A DNA stretch of 22,193 nucleotides from Candidatus Phoenicimicrobium oleiphilum (GTDB taxonomy: Bacteria; Atribacterota; Phoenicimicrobiia; Phoenicimicrobiales; Phoenicimicrobiaceae), in contig JBDIWJ010000031.1 of assembly GCA_039638295.1 (NCBI GenBank), positions 1-22,193 on the forward strand, written 5' to 3'. Below are positions 7,449 to 17,511 of this stretch, piece by piece. Positions within the stretch are counted from its first letter, which is position 1; every line of letters begins with the position of its first letter. Below the pieces are notes generated by a model. It worked only from the letters and a program-made list of their open reading frames with translations. It had not been told where the DNA came from and did not search any database. Made by a program: the position numbers and the translations under genes.

Positions 7449-8367
7449 TTAATACTCAATTCGGGGATCAATTATTACATACAAAACGTCGGTTACTAAA
7501 TTAATAATAACCCTCATAGCAACAATGTATAAAACTATACCCTCAATCACCGGATAATCTCTGGTAAAAACAGACTTTATTAATAGGCGGCCAACTCCGG
7601 GAATATTAAAAATTTGCTCGGTTACCACTGCCCCGCCCATCAAATTAGCAAAAGAGAGTCCGATAATGGTGTTAACCGGAATTAAAACATTCTTTAAAGC
7701 GTGTTTATAATTTACCATTAATTCTGATAAACCTTTAGCTTTCGCTGTTCTAATATAATCACTCCTTAAAACTTCTAACATATTAGATCTGGTCATTCTG
7801 GCAATTAGAGAGGTTTGCCCAAAAGCTAAGGTAATAGCAGGTAGAATTAAATATCTCAAACTTTCACCTAATCCTGTACTTAAAGGTTTGAATCCGGCTG
7901 GGGGCAATATGGAAAATCTAATGGAGAAAAATAAGACTATCATTAACCATAACCAAAAATTAGGGATAGAGACTCCTGCTGAAGTTATAATCATTATTGT
8001 TCTATCTAAAATATTATTATGATTAATAGCAGCAATTACCCCGGTTATTATTCCAAAAACAATTGCTAAAATTATTCCTAAAACTGTTAGAGTTAAAGTT
8101 ACTTTAAAGTGTTCGAAAGCTACCTTGGTAACTTGCTGCCCCTGGAAAAAAAGAGACATACCAAAATCCCCTTTAACTACATTAGAGATCCATTCTATAA
8201 ATTGGATAGGAACTGGCCGGTCTAAACCCATCGACCTGGAAAAAGCATCAATTTCTTCGGGAGTTGCCTCAGGACCTAACATCATAGCAGCCGGATTACC
8301 GGGTATTAAATGTATGATAAAAAAACAAAAATTCCAACAATAAACATAATGGGGATTATTGCTAAAA
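7449..8367 (-). pseudogene. Dpp/Opp-type peptide ABC permease (DppB-like), 5'-truncated by the IS and frameshifted
   Basis: IIHLIPGNPA..LG, GDFGMS, SIPNFWL, ARMTRSNMLEVLRSDYIRTAKAKGL, HALKN, DYPVI and IDPRI. The natural N-terminal TM (LAIIPIMFIVGIFVF) lies in another frame, shifted at the A7 run 8319-8325. The start codon is replaced by the IS end. Confidence 0.8.
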
Positions 8368-8453
8368 CCTGACTTTGACACTTAATCCTCTGTAACCCCT
8401 TAAAAATCAACAAAAAAAATGAAAATGTACATTTTTGCACTACATTTTTTATT

Positions 8454-9576
8454 TTACAAAGATAACTCACTAGTTTGGGTAACATTTGGGGGTGGTTTTA
8501 TGCGTGACAACCTTAAAATCTTATTACCCAAAGTATTAAACATAGTTTTAATAAGAAAATTCTTTTGTTTTATCTTAACTTCCACAAAATTCATCGAATT
8601 TAGGGCTTCTCGAATTTGTTGTGGTGATGCTGATAGATGAGCCCTTTTCAGCTTGAATTCTAAAGTCCTCTCCAGGAGAAAGGCTAGAAAACAGATTACA
8701 AAATGACCTTTTATTCGGGGATCTGTCCATATGTAGTCATATCCTCTATCGGTAATCTTTTTCAGGTTAATTTTGCTGTTTATACCTTTATCGGCCACGA
8801 TGATTACCTTGCGTATACCAAAGCGTTTTTCCAGTTTTAAAAGGGCAACATCCAGGGTTTTACCTTCAAAGGTGTTACCAGGGAAAAGATCATACCCTAT
8901 GGGTCTTCCTTCCCGGTCTACGAGTAGTCCCATCACTACTTGAACCTCTTTGAATTTAGCATCTTTGGAGAAACCAAAATCCCTTAGGCTATCATTTCTT
9001 ACACTCTCAAAGGAGAAGGTAGTTACATAGTAGAATACTACCATGTACTTGCATATTGAAAAGGTTACAGTTTTTAAAAAATATCTCTTCTCCCAGTATC
9101 TCTTTACTTTCAGATAATAGATCTAAAGAGCGATAGAGGTGCTGTAGTTTTATTTCTGATAATCCGGTATAGCGGTTTTGATGGGTATAGGCACTAAGTT
9201 TACTTTTTGGTTCAAGTAGATGCTGGATAGCCATAAGAAAAGAGGCCTCATTAAGGTTAAACTGGGTCTTTTTTGAACTAGTTAGTCTATTTAATATTTT
9301 ATCTAACTCGAAATCTTTCCATATCTTTTGGTAAACAATATAGCCCCAGTTGACTATTTGAGCCTCAGAGAAGTTATCTAAGCTAACCAGGTCTTTTGCT
9401 TCGGATAGTTCTAAGAGGCGTTTAGCCAGGTTTTGAAAGCTGGGATTATTTTTGATTTGGTCTAATCTCCCCAGGTTAAATAAATATTTATGTTTGGTGT
9501 TATTATCTTCTCGGTAGGATCTGACCAAATAAGCATATTCATATTGTCCTGATTTGGTAATGTTAATAAACATCAT
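8454..9576 (-). pseudogene. IS1634-family DDE transposase pseudogene
   Basis: Motifs YLVRSYR..NLGRLD, PKSKL, LYRSLD, FGFSKD..QVV.GL, FPGNTFE.KT, VADKG and RIKGHFVICFLA. A +1 frameshift lies at ~9042, the first catalytic YDVT reads YYVT, and a large in-frame deletion lies at GYDYI|WTDPRI (~8730). Confidence 0.88.
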
Positions 9577-9579
9577 TTT

Positions 9580-9607
9580 TTTATACCATATATATTTAGA
9601 TTGTCAA
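9580..9607 (-). promoter_or_regulatory. Transposase promoter, probably giving a leaderless mRNA
   Basis: TTGACA-16 nt-TATAAA with TG extension. The ATG at 9573 lies 7 nt downstream of the -10 and no SD sequence is present. Confidence 0.5.
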
Positions 9608-9735
9608 TAAATAATAATAATAAATATATATATTTGTTGCACTACATTTTGGAAGGAGAAAAAATATAATCCTTATTTAATAAGGGTTTGAGGGGACTAA
9701 ATTCCTAAAATTTGCTTGCAAGTGTCAAACTCAGG

Positions 9736-9963
9736 ACCTGCTCCTTTGCCCTCCGGTTGAGCAATATGACAGTGAGTATCTATTATTCCGGGTATGATAA
9801 CTTTCCCGCTAATATCGATTACTTGCTCAGCTAAATAACTGTATACCTCTTTAGCCACTTCAGCAACCTTATCCCCTTTTATATCTACATTACCAACGAA
9901 ATCTCTGTTATTTGCAGGATCAACAATACGCCCTCTTTTAAATAAAAAATCATATTTCATCAT
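9736..9963 (-). pseudogene. Metal-dependent amidohydrolase (dihydroorotase-like) N-terminal fragment truncated by the IS
   Basis: YDFLFKRGRIVDP...IKGDKV...VIDISGKVIIPGIIDTHCH (HxH motif). The reading frame enters the IS TIR after ~76 aa. Confidence 0.85.
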
Positions 9964-10294
9964 AAGCCACACTTTCTTTATATTTTAAATTTTTGTTGAT
10001 ATGTTTAATTTATCTTTTATATTCTCTATACTACTATACTACAAATTATTCAAAAATAATTTTTTTATTAGATATTTTAAATAAAAAAATTATCTTGTAA
10101 TTATTATAAAAATTTAAGCATTGATAAAATTTTCTTGGTAACCTCTTATAATCATTAAAGGTCAAGTCTAACACTTGAAATTTACGACTTTATCAAACCT
10201 TCAAATATCAAATATAAAAACTTTAGGTTATATAGATAAAAAAATAATTACATTTAAATATGGGGAAAGAAGAGCGGCTGATATTCTTAGTTGT

Positions 10295-10743
10295 TTATTT
10301 CTTTTTCTCTGACTGTTCAATTATTCCTCTAAGAAGAATTTCAGCTGAAGATAAATTAGTAGCTAATGGGATATCATGCACATCACAAGCCTTCATAAGA
10401 GCTGCAATATCGAGATCGTGGGGCTGTTTTGCCAGAGGGTCACGCAGGAAAATTACCAGATTAATTTCTTCACTTGCCACTAAACCGCCAATCTGCAAGT
10501 CACCACCTCTGGGACCAGACATCATTTCTTTTGCTTCTAAGTTGGTTTTTTCATTAATCAAGTGACCAGTTCCTTTAGTTGCTATAAGGTCACACTTTTT
10601 TAAAAACTCCTCGTTCTCGCTGGCGAAAGCTAATATATCTGTTTTTTTGTATCATGAGCAATTAGAGCAACTCTAAAATTTTTTCCTTCTAATAACTCTC
10701 TTTCCTTAGCCGGAACGACTATGGTCTTATGTGATCTATCCAT
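10295..10743 (-). pseudogene. mgsA: Methylglyoxal synthase with a single frameshift
   Basis: ATG 10743 gives ...RVALIAHDTKK. A shift at the T7 run (10642-10648) leads into TDILAFA...IATKGTG..SGPRGGDLQIG..FLRDPL..PHDLDI.ALMKACDVHDIPLATN. Confidence 0.85.
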
Positions 10744-10808
10744 TGTTATTCACATAACCTCCTCTTTTTTATTTAATTTTTTTTGCTTGCTTTAGTTTTT
10801 TTATTAGA

Positions 10809-11066
10809 TTAATTGTTGATTATCCTAATATCTCTAAGCGGCCAGGCTTCATCAACTTTCAAGAACCGTCCTTCGAAATAAGAATTATCCAATGATTTTT
10901 TTGCTCTTTCGGCCTCTTCTGTATTAGACATTTCCACAAACCCAAAATCTCTACCCCTAATTATATTTACTTGCTTGACTTTACCGTAATCGGAAAACAA
11001 TTTATTTAGCTTATCATCCTCGGTAGAATGCTTAAAATTTCTTACATAAAGTTTTCTAACTTGCAT
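10809..11066 (-). CDS. Single-RRM RNA-binding protein
   Basis: RNP2-like KLYVRNF, LFSDYGKV, RNP1-like RDFGFVEM and GRFLKVDEA. GGAGG RBS. Confidence 0.85.
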   Translation of the reverse strand: MQVRKLYVRNFKHSTEDDKLNKLFSDYGKVKQVNIIRGRDFGFVEMSNTEEAERAKKSLDNSYFEGRFLKVDEAWPLRDIRIINN

Positions 11067-11164
11067 TTTTATACCTCCTTTTTTTAAAAATATTTAAATC
11101 ATTTAATATAAATATTTGTGTTTCATTCCAATCTAATATCTTTTATTAAAAAATACTCTGAAAT

Positions 11165-11203
11165 TATTATGGTAAGATTACGATTGGATTAAGTTTTAAT
11201 GAA
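11165..11203 (-). promoter_or_regulatory. Pho-box-like array oriented toward the RRM gene and mgsA
   Basis: Minus strand TTCATT-n5-TTAATC-n5-GTAATC-n5-ATAATA at 11 bp period. TTAATCcAATC and GTAATC match the pstS box. Confidence 0.5.
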
Positions 11204-11255
11204 ATTTTTAGCAGTCTAAACTTTCGAATAAGACACAGACAGCTTTAACAATGAT

Positions 11256-11284
11256 TTGCTTTAATTTTTTTAATTGTTTATAAT
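11256..11284 (+). promoter_or_regulatory. Putative sigma70 promoter of phoP-phoR
   Basis: TTGCTT-17 nt-TATAAT. Confidence 0.5.
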
Positions 11285-11341
11285 ATTAAAAACTCGACGC
11301 TGTTAATCCAAAAATTATTTTAGACTCTTGAGGGAATTTTC

Positions 11342-12043
11342 ATGAGTAAAGAAAATATATTAGTGGTAGATGATGAAAAAGATATAGTCGAACTTCTCCA
11401 ATATAATTTGGAAAAAGAAGGATATAGAGTAAGTGCTGTCTTCAGCGGAGAACAGTGCTTAGAAAATGTTAAAACTGAACTTCCGGATTTAATTCTCCTT
11501 GATTTAATGCTTCCCGAGATAGATGGATTGGATGTTTGTAAAATTCTAAAAAGTAATTCTCGAACCTCTAATATTCCCATCATTATGCTTACTGCTAAGG
11601 GAGAAGAAACTGATATAGTATTAGGCTTGGAATTAGGGGCTGATGATTATATCACCAAACCCTTCAAGATAAGAGAATTGTTAGCCCGAGTAAAAGCTGT
11701 ACTCCGTAGAGCAAAAAATAATATCTCCCTTCTCTCAAAAGAAAAAGACCTCATTAAATTTAAAGACCTGGTTATTGATTCAATCAAACATCAAGTTACC
11801 CTAAAAAATCAACCTTTAAATCTAACCTCTACTGAATTTAAATTATTAAAATTTTTAGCTTCCCATCCCGGAAAAGTCTTTACCCGTGAACAGCTGCTTA
11901 ATCAGGTCTGGTCAGAAGATAGTTTTATTGTAGATAGAGCAGTTGATGTTCATATAAGAAGATTGCGCCAGAAACTGCTAACTGCCAGTAATTATATAAT
12001 TACTATTAGAGGGGTAGGATACAGGTTTAAAGAAGAAGTATGA
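11342..12043 (+). CDS. phoP: PhoP/PhoB-type OmpR-family response regulator
   Basis: Receiver motifs VVDDE, LDLMLP, MLTAK and ADDYITKPF; wHTH motifs VDVHIRRLRQKL and TIRGVGY. Adjacent to phoR and pst. Confidence 0.9.
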   Translation: MSKENILVVDDEKDIVELLQYNLEKEGYRVSAVFSGEQCLENVKTELPDLILLDLMLPEIDGLDVCKILKSNSRTSNIPIIMLTAKGEETDIVLGLELGADDYITKPFKIRELLARVKAVLRRAKNNISLLSKEKDLIKFKDLVIDSIKHQVTLKNQPLNLTSTEFKLLKFLASHPGKVFTREQLLNQVWSEDSFIVDRAVDVHIRRLRQKLLTASNYIITIRGVGYRFKEEV

Positions 12044-13806
12044 TAAAAAAAATCAGTTGGAAATTATTTTTTACTTATATAATTATAATCATTATTTGTG
12101 TAACCTTTACGGGGATATTGGCAATTATCTCTTTACGTAATTTCTATATCAACCATCTCTCCTCTAATCTCAAATCCAATGCTATTTTAGTTGCAAATAT
12201 CCTCGGGGACGACCTATCTGCAAATAATCTATCTCAGATCAAATTAAAAACTAAAGATTTAGGCAAAGAGTTAGAAACAAGAATTACTATAATCGATATA
12301 AATGGTATAGTTTTAGGCGATTCAAAGAAAGATCCCGCTTTAATGGAAAACCATGCCGATAGACCAGAGATTAAAGAAGCCCTGCAGGGGAAAACCGGAA
12401 AAAGTATCCGTTACAGTTCCACTTTAGAAATAGATATGTTATACCTTGCCATTCCTATTATTAAAAATAATCAGACTCTTGGTATAGCTCGACTCTCCCT
12501 TCCCCTAATAGAAGTAAACGAAAATATTAGTAATCTTCGTAAAATAATTATTTTAGCCACCGCAATTACTTTGGCTATCGCTTCCATAATTAGCTTAATA
12601 ATCTCTTTGACCATTACCAGACCTTTACAAGAAATGACAAAAGTTTCACAAAAGATTTCCAAGGGTGATTTTAGTAAAAAACTTAAGATTAATTCTCAAG
12701 ATGAAGTAGGTCAACTTGCCAATAGTTTAAATCTAATGTCAGAGGAATTAGAGAATAAAATAAGGATTATCAGTGAAGATAAAGATAAGATGAAGGTCGT
12801 ACTCTCCAGTGTTATTGAGGGAATAGTAGCTATAGATAAAGAAGGCAGGATTATACTTTTTAATCATGCCTTGGAAACTATGATTGATTGCTCTTCCGAT
12901 AGGATTTTAGGAAAATTCCACTGGGAGATAATAAGAAATAATCAATTAAACGAACTTTTAAAAGAAACTCTACAAAAAGGTTATAATTTAACTCGAGAAA
13001 TAGCCCTATTTTCTCCTCAGGAAAAAATATTCTATGCCTCAGCTAATCCTTTAAAAGAAAAGAACGAAATCTGGGGAGCGGTAGTAGTCTTAAATGATAT
13101 AACTGAAATTAAAAAATTGGAAAAAATGCGGTCGGAATTTGTAGCCAATGTTTCTCATGAACTACGTACCCCTCTTACCTCCATTCAAGGATTTGTAGAA
13201 ACCTTAAAAGAAGGGGCGATAAATGACCCGGAAAAGGCTCAGTACTTTTTGGAGATAATCGAAAAACAGAGTAACAGATTAAATAACTTGATTGAAGAAC
13301 TGCTGCAACTTTCAAAAATAGAATCCCAAGAAATAGCCATGAATTTACAATCAATAAATTTAAGAGATTTAATCGATAAGACCATCTCGGAGTTCAAAAA
13401 AAAGATAGAGCAAAAAGATCACAAAATTAAAATTAATATTTCTCCTCAACTCCCCTTAGTAAAGGTAGACCCGGAACAGATTGAAGTAGTTTTCAGAAAT
13501 CTTTTAGATAATGCTGTAAAATATACTCCCGATGGAGGGGAAATTTATATCTCAGCTTTAGAAAAAGCAGAAAACATTTATATTGAAGTCGCTGATAATG
13601 GTATAGGTATTTCAGCCGAACATCTACCCAGAATCTTCGAACGTTTTTATCGAGTAAATAAGGACCGTTCTCGAAAATTAGGAGGGACCGGTTTAGGACT
13701 TGCCATCGTAAAACATATTGTTCAAGTTCATAAGGGGACAATAGGAGTTGAAAGCAAACCAGGAAAAGGTTCGAAATTTTTTTTCACCCTTCCCAAAAAT
13801 TCTTGA
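12040..13806 (+). CDS. phoR: Phosphate regulon sensor histidine kinase (TM-HAMP-PAS-HisKA-HATPase)
   Basis: MENHADRPEI, FVANVSHELRTPLTSI, NLLDNAVKY, RIFERFYRV.K.RSR..GGTGLGL. 4 nt overlap with phoP. Confidence 0.92.
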   Translation: MIKKISWKLFFTYIIIIIICVTFTGILAIISLRNFYINHLSSNLKSNAILVANILGDDLSANNLSQIKLKTKDLGKELETRITIIDINGIVLGDSKKDPALMENHADRPEIKEALQGKTGKSIRYSSTLEIDMLYLAIPIIKNNQTLGIARLSLPLIEVNENISNLRKIIILATAITLAIASIISLIISLTITRPLQEMTKVSQKISKGDFSKKLKINSQDEVGQLANSLNLMSEELENKIRIISEDKDKMKVVLSSVIEGIVAIDKEGRIILFNHALETMIDCSSDRILGKFHWEIIRNNQLNELLKETLQKGYNLTREIALFSPQEKIFYASANPLKEKNEIWGAVVVLNDITEIKKLEKMRSEFVANVSHELRTPLTSIQGFVETLKEGAINDPEKAQYFLEIIEKQSNRLNNLIEELLQLSKIESQEIAMNLQSINLRDLIDKTISEFKKKIEQKDHKIKINISPQLPLVKVDPEQIEVVFRNLLDNAVKYTPDGGEIYISALEKAENIYIEVADNGIGISAEHLPRIFERFYRVNKDRSRKLGGTGLGLAIVKHIVQVHKGTIGVESKPGKGSKFFFTLPKNS

Positions 13807-13910
13807 CTTTAAACTGCCAATCTTTTATTTAGTTTCTTGCCCCCTCTCTCTTCTATGTTCTTGTTTTCCCAAATTAAAACACCGCTGCCTGTGGCCGATC
13901 CATTGAACCC

Positions 13911-13948
13911 GTAAGGAACTGGCTCGGATAAATCTGACCTGCCTACCT
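13911..13948 (-). repeat. GTAG-type REP-like repeat, copy 1
   Basis: GTAAGGAACTGGcTCGGATAAATCtGA..CCTACCT is nearly identical to 19245-19280. Confidence 0.7.
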
Positions 13949-13969
13949 ACAAAGACTACAGAATATAAA

Positions 13970-14008
13970 TTAATCAAATCTTAACCGTTTCGTAATCAAA
14001 ATGTTACA
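13970..14008 (+). promoter_or_regulatory. Pho box upstream of pstS
   Basis: Four hexamers at exact 11 bp period: TTAATC (13970), TTAACC (13981), GTAATC (13992) and GTTACA (14003). They resemble the TT(A/T)ACA repeats bound by Bacillus PhoP. Confidence 0.75.
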
Positions 14009-14064
14009 TTAGAATTTTAGACTAAAATCAGAATCAAAAAAAATATTTTTGGAGGTGTAATTTA

Positions 14065-14883
14065 ATGAAAAAAATTACTCAAACATTACTTCTAATCTCT
14101 CTTGTTTTAACTCTAATCGTTCCCATCTCTCAAGCGGAAGGACAGCTTGTTGTCCAGGGCTCAACTACTGTCCTACCTATAGCCCAAGCAACTGCAGAAG
14201 TCTTTATGCAAAATAACTCTCAAGCAAACATCTCAGTGCGGGGAGGAGGGTCAGGAAATGGTATTTCCGCTTTAATTGAAGGAACTTGTGATATCGCTGA
14301 TGCTTCACGGCCTATGAAGGTAAAAGAAATTTTACTCTGCCAAGAAAAAGGAGTTAGTCCTGTTCCTCATATCATCGCTATGGATGGCATTGCAGTTATC
14401 GTTCACCCTTCTAATCCAGTTCAGGGTTTAAGTATGGAACAGATAAAGGATATTTATACGGGAAAAATAACCAACTGGAAAGAATTGGGAGGACAAGACT
14501 TAAAGATTGTAGTGGTCTCCAGAGATTCCTCCAGCGGAACTTTTGAAACCTTCAGTGAAATAGTATTAAAGGGCGAGAAAATTATCCCTGAATCTCTTGC
14601 TCAGTCTTCTAATCAAACAGTAGCTACAGTTGTCAGCACCACTAAAGGAGCTATCGGCTATGTAGGATTAGGATATATTAGCAATACTGTAAAGGCTTTG
14701 CAGGTAAATGAAGTAATCCCGGAACAGGAAACTGTAGTCAGTGGGAAATATCCTATTTCTCGTCCTCTCTATATGTATACTAATGGAGCACCTCAAGGGA
14801 TAGCTAAAGATTTTCTTGAATTTATCTGGTCTAAAGAAGGGCAAGAAATAGTTGAAAAACAAGGATTTGTTCCTTTACAATAA
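14065..14883 (+). CDS. pstS: Phosphate ABC transporter substrate-binding protein
   Basis: GSTTVLP, GGGSGNG, ADASR, SRDSSSGTFE and YPISRPLY. Sec signal ending SQA with no lipobox Cys. Confidence 0.95.
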   Translation: MKKITQTLLLISLVLTLIVPISQAEGQLVVQGSTTVLPIAQATAEVFMQNNSQANISVRGGGSGNGISALIEGTCDIADASRPMKVKEILLCQEKGVSPVPHIIAMDGIAVIVHPSNPVQGLSMEQIKDIYTGKITNWKELGGQDLKIVVVSRDSSSGTFETFSEIVLKGEKIIPESLAQSSNQTVATVVSTTKGAIGYVGLGYISNTVKALQVNEVIPEQETVVSGKYPISRPLYMYTNGAPQGIAKDFLEFIWSKEGQEIVEKQGFVPLQ

Positions 14884-14904
14884 CAAAAAAAGGGGGAAAT
14901 AGTT

Positions 14905-15789
14905 TTGAAGGGAAGACAATCTTTAAAAGAAAAGATACTTAAAAATATATTTTTACTCTCTTCCCTTACTTCTATATTCTTCCTAATTGGTATAACCATA
15001 ATCTTATTCAAGGAAGGACTTCCTCTATTTCGAGAAATTAGCTTAAAAGAATTTCTCTGGGGGAAGTCCTGGTATCCTACTTATGACCCCCCTGGGTTTG
15101 GAGTACTCCCCTTAATTCTCAGTTCTTTATGGATTACCTTGGGGGCATTAATCGTAGCAGTTCCTCTGGGAGTTTCTACGGCTATTTATATCTCTGAATT
15201 AGCCACTCCCAAAGTAAGGAATTTTTTAAAATTGGTTATCGAAATGCTGACCAGTATTCCCTCGGTAATTTATGGCTTTTTAGGAATAGTAGTTTTGGGT
15301 CCCTGGCTGCAAAAGCTTTTAAATCTACCTATAGGTCTTTGCTCTCTCACTGCTTCTCTACTCCTTGCCCTTATGGCTATTCCTACGATTACAAGTCTCT
15401 CTGAAGATGCACTTTTTTCAGTCTCCAAAGACTACAAAGAGGCATCTTATGCCTTGGGCGCAACCAAGTGGGAAACCATAATAAAAGTTACAGTACCCGC
15501 TGCCTTTTCGGGAATCAGTACGGCCGTTTTATTGGGTATGGGCAGAGTCATTGGTGAGACTATGACGGTATTGATGGTAGCCGGCGGTGCAGCAGTTATT
15601 CCCCATTCTTTCTTACAACCCGTACGACCGATAACTGCCACTATTGCCTTAGAGATGGGTGAAGCGGTAGTAGGAAGTGCTCATTACCACGCCTTATTTA
15701 GCCTTGCCTGTATTCTTTTTATCTTCAGTTTAGGTCTTAATCTAACCGCTGATTATTTTTTAACCAAATTTAGGAGAACATCTCAATGA
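14905..15789 (+). CDS. pstC: Phosphate ABC transporter permease
   Basis: SIPSVIYGF, EASYALGATKWET and GRVIGETMTVLMVAG. TTG start. Confidence 0.93.
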   Translation: MKGRQSLKEKILKNIFLLSSLTSIFFLIGITIILFKEGLPLFREISLKEFLWGKSWYPTYDPPGFGVLPLILSSLWITLGALIVAVPLGVSTAIYISELATPKVRNFLKLVIEMLTSIPSVIYGFLGIVVLGPWLQKLLNLPIGLCSLTASLLLALMAIPTITSLSEDALFSVSKDYKEASYALGATKWETIIKVTVPAAFSGISTAVLLGMGRVIGETMTVLMVAGGAAVIPHSFLQPVRPITATIALEMGEAVVGSAHYHALFSLACILFIFSLGLNLTADYFLTKFRRTSQ

Positions 15790-16640
15790 AAAAAAGAAGA
15801 TATAAAGAAAAATTAGCTTACCTATTCCTTACGTTAATGATATTGATCATTTTATCTTCTGTCTTCATTATATTTTATTTTATTATTTTTAGGGGAATAA
15901 GAGTAATTAATTGGCAATTTATCACCCAGATGCCCCAAAAAGGGATGACTGCCGGCGGAATCCTTCCCGCCATCCTGGGCACTTTTTATCTAACTATTGG
16001 GGCAATCTGTTTTGCTCTCCCTCTGGGAACTTCTGCTGCTATATATTTAACCGAATATTCTACCCAAAATCGATTAGTAAGGATCATTCGTATAGGCATC
16101 AATAACTTAGCAGGCGTACCATCGGTCGTTTTTGGACTTTTTGGTCTGACCGTATTTGTAAAATTTCTGAATTTTGGTGTCTCCATCCTCTCCGGAAGTT
16201 TAACTTTAGGCATATTGATCCTGCCGACCATAATTCGAGCCAGTGAGGAAGCTCTATCAGTAGTCCCTCAATCTTTTCGAGAAGCGTCTCTGGCCTTAGG
16301 AGCTACCAAGTGGCAAACTATTCAGAAGATCGTTTTACCTAATTCAATTTCTGGTATCTTAACCGGTTCAATCCTATCTATTGGGCGAGCAGCGGGAGAA
16401 ACTGCACCTATTCTCTTTACGGCAGCAACCTTTTATAGTATGCGGCTTCCTAACTCTATCTTCAGTGAAGTCCAAGCTTTGCCTTATCATATTTATGCCC
16501 TAATGACCGAAGGTACCCATCCTGAATCTCAAGTACCCATCGCCTACGGAACAGCTCTGGTTCTTATTCTTCTGGTCTTAATCTTAAATTTAATTGCTTT
16601 TACTTTACGTAATCGATTTAGAAGGAGTAAAAAATGGTAG
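15786..16640 (+). CDS. pstA: Phosphate ABC transporter permease
   Basis: [36 protein letters not shown] and RAAGETAP. Confidence 0.93.
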   Translation: MKKRRYKEKLAYLFLTLMILIILSSVFIIFYFIIFRGIRVINWQFITQMPQKGMTAGGILPAILGTFYLTIGAICFALPLGTSAAIYLTEYSTQNRLVRIIRIGINNLAGVPSVVFGLFGLTVFVKFLNFGVSILSGSLTLGILILPTIIRASEEALSVVPQSFREASLALGATKWQTIQKIVLPNSISGILTGSILSIGRAAGETAPILFTAATFYSMRLPNSIFSEVQALPYHIYALMTEGTHPESQVPIAYGTALVLILLVLILNLIAFTLRNRFRRSKKW

Positions 16641-17419
16641 ATAAAATCATACAAAACGAAAATAATATAAAGATGCAGGTCAAAAATCTAAATTTTTTCT
16701 ATAGAACAAAGCAAGTGCTAAAAAATATAAATCTTATTATAAAAAGCAATGCGGTAACTTCTATTATAGGTCCCTCGGGATGTGGTAAATCCACTTTTAT
16801 TAGAACTCTTAATAGAATGAATGACATTATTTCAGGGACAAAGATAGAAGGAGACATTTTATTCAATCACAAAAATATCTACGCTGAAGATGTAGATGTG
16901 GTAGAAATTCGAAGAAAAATAGGAATGGTCTTTCAAAGACCAAATCCTTTTCCTAAATCTATCTTCGAAAATGTGGCTTATGGGCTCAAAATTAATGGTC
17001 TCATTAAAAACAAAGATGAGTTGAGAGAACGGGTAGAGGATAGTTTGCAAGCTGCTGCTTTATGGGAAGAAGTTAAAGATCGGCTAAATACCCCCGCTTT
17101 AGATCTATCGGGCGGACAGCAACAACGACTATGTATTGCCCGGGTTCTGGCTATTAAACCTGAAGTAATCCTTTTTGATGAACCCTGTTCTGCTTTAGAC
17201 CCCATCGCTACGGCTAAGATCGAGGAATTAATTCAGAAGTTAAAAGCAAAATACACTATAGTTATTGTCACCCATAATATGCAGCAAGCCGCACGTGTTT
17301 CAGATTTAACAGCTTTCTTGATGTTGGGAGAATTAATTGAATTTGATAAGACCCAAAAGATTTTCACTAATCCCAGTCAAAAAATTACCGAAGATTACAT
17401 TACCGGCCGCTTTGGCTAA
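16634..17419 (+). CDS. pstB: Phosphate ABC transporter ATP-binding protein
   Basis: [40 protein letters not shown] and DYITGRFG. Confidence 0.96.
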   Translation: MVDKIIQNENNIKMQVKNLNFFYRTKQVLKNINLIIKSNAVTSIIGPSGCGKSTFIRTLNRMNDIISGTKIEGDILFNHKNIYAEDVDVVEIRRKIGMVFQRPNPFPKSIFENVAYGLKINGLIKNKDELRERVEDSLQAAALWEEVKDRLNTPALDLSGGQQQRLCIARVLAIKPEVILFDEPCSALDPIATAKIEELIQKLKAKYTIVIVTHNMQQAARVSDLTAFLMLGELIEFDKTQKIFTNPSQKITEDYITGRFG

Positions 17420-17476
17420 AAAATTAGTCGTGTGACAGGGAACGGTTGTTCCTGCTCAGTAATTAAGTAACTTTTT

Positions 17477-17485
17477 TGGTATAAT
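17477..17485 (+). promoter_or_regulatory. Possible extended -10 internal promoter for phoU, downstream of a hairpin at 17436-17453
   Basis: TGGTATAAT matches TGnTATAAT and lies ~26 nt before the ATG. The upstream hairpin is CAGGgAAC-ggtt-GTTCCTG. Confidence 0.4.
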
Positions 17486-17511
17486 TATACCACCAAAGGA
17501 GGAATAAAAAG

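Larger units (their letters stand above)
8368..9735 (-). mobile_element. IS1634-family insertion sequence, defective (1368 bp)
   Basis: 16 bp terminal inverted repeats CCTGACTTTGACACTT (8368-8383) and AAGTGTCAAACTCAGG (9720-9735), 15/16 match. Subterminal direct repeat TTGCACTACATTTT at 8435 and 9637. No target duplication seen. Confidence 0.88.

Noticed and set aside
8367..9740. ACCTG at 8367 and 9736 as a target-site duplication
   Set aside because: The left copy overlaps the TIR itself and the flanks come from different genes.
9975..10290. Very AT-rich spacer with a short CTATACTA repeat
   Set aside because: Low complexity, with no convincing promoter, dyad or RNA structure.
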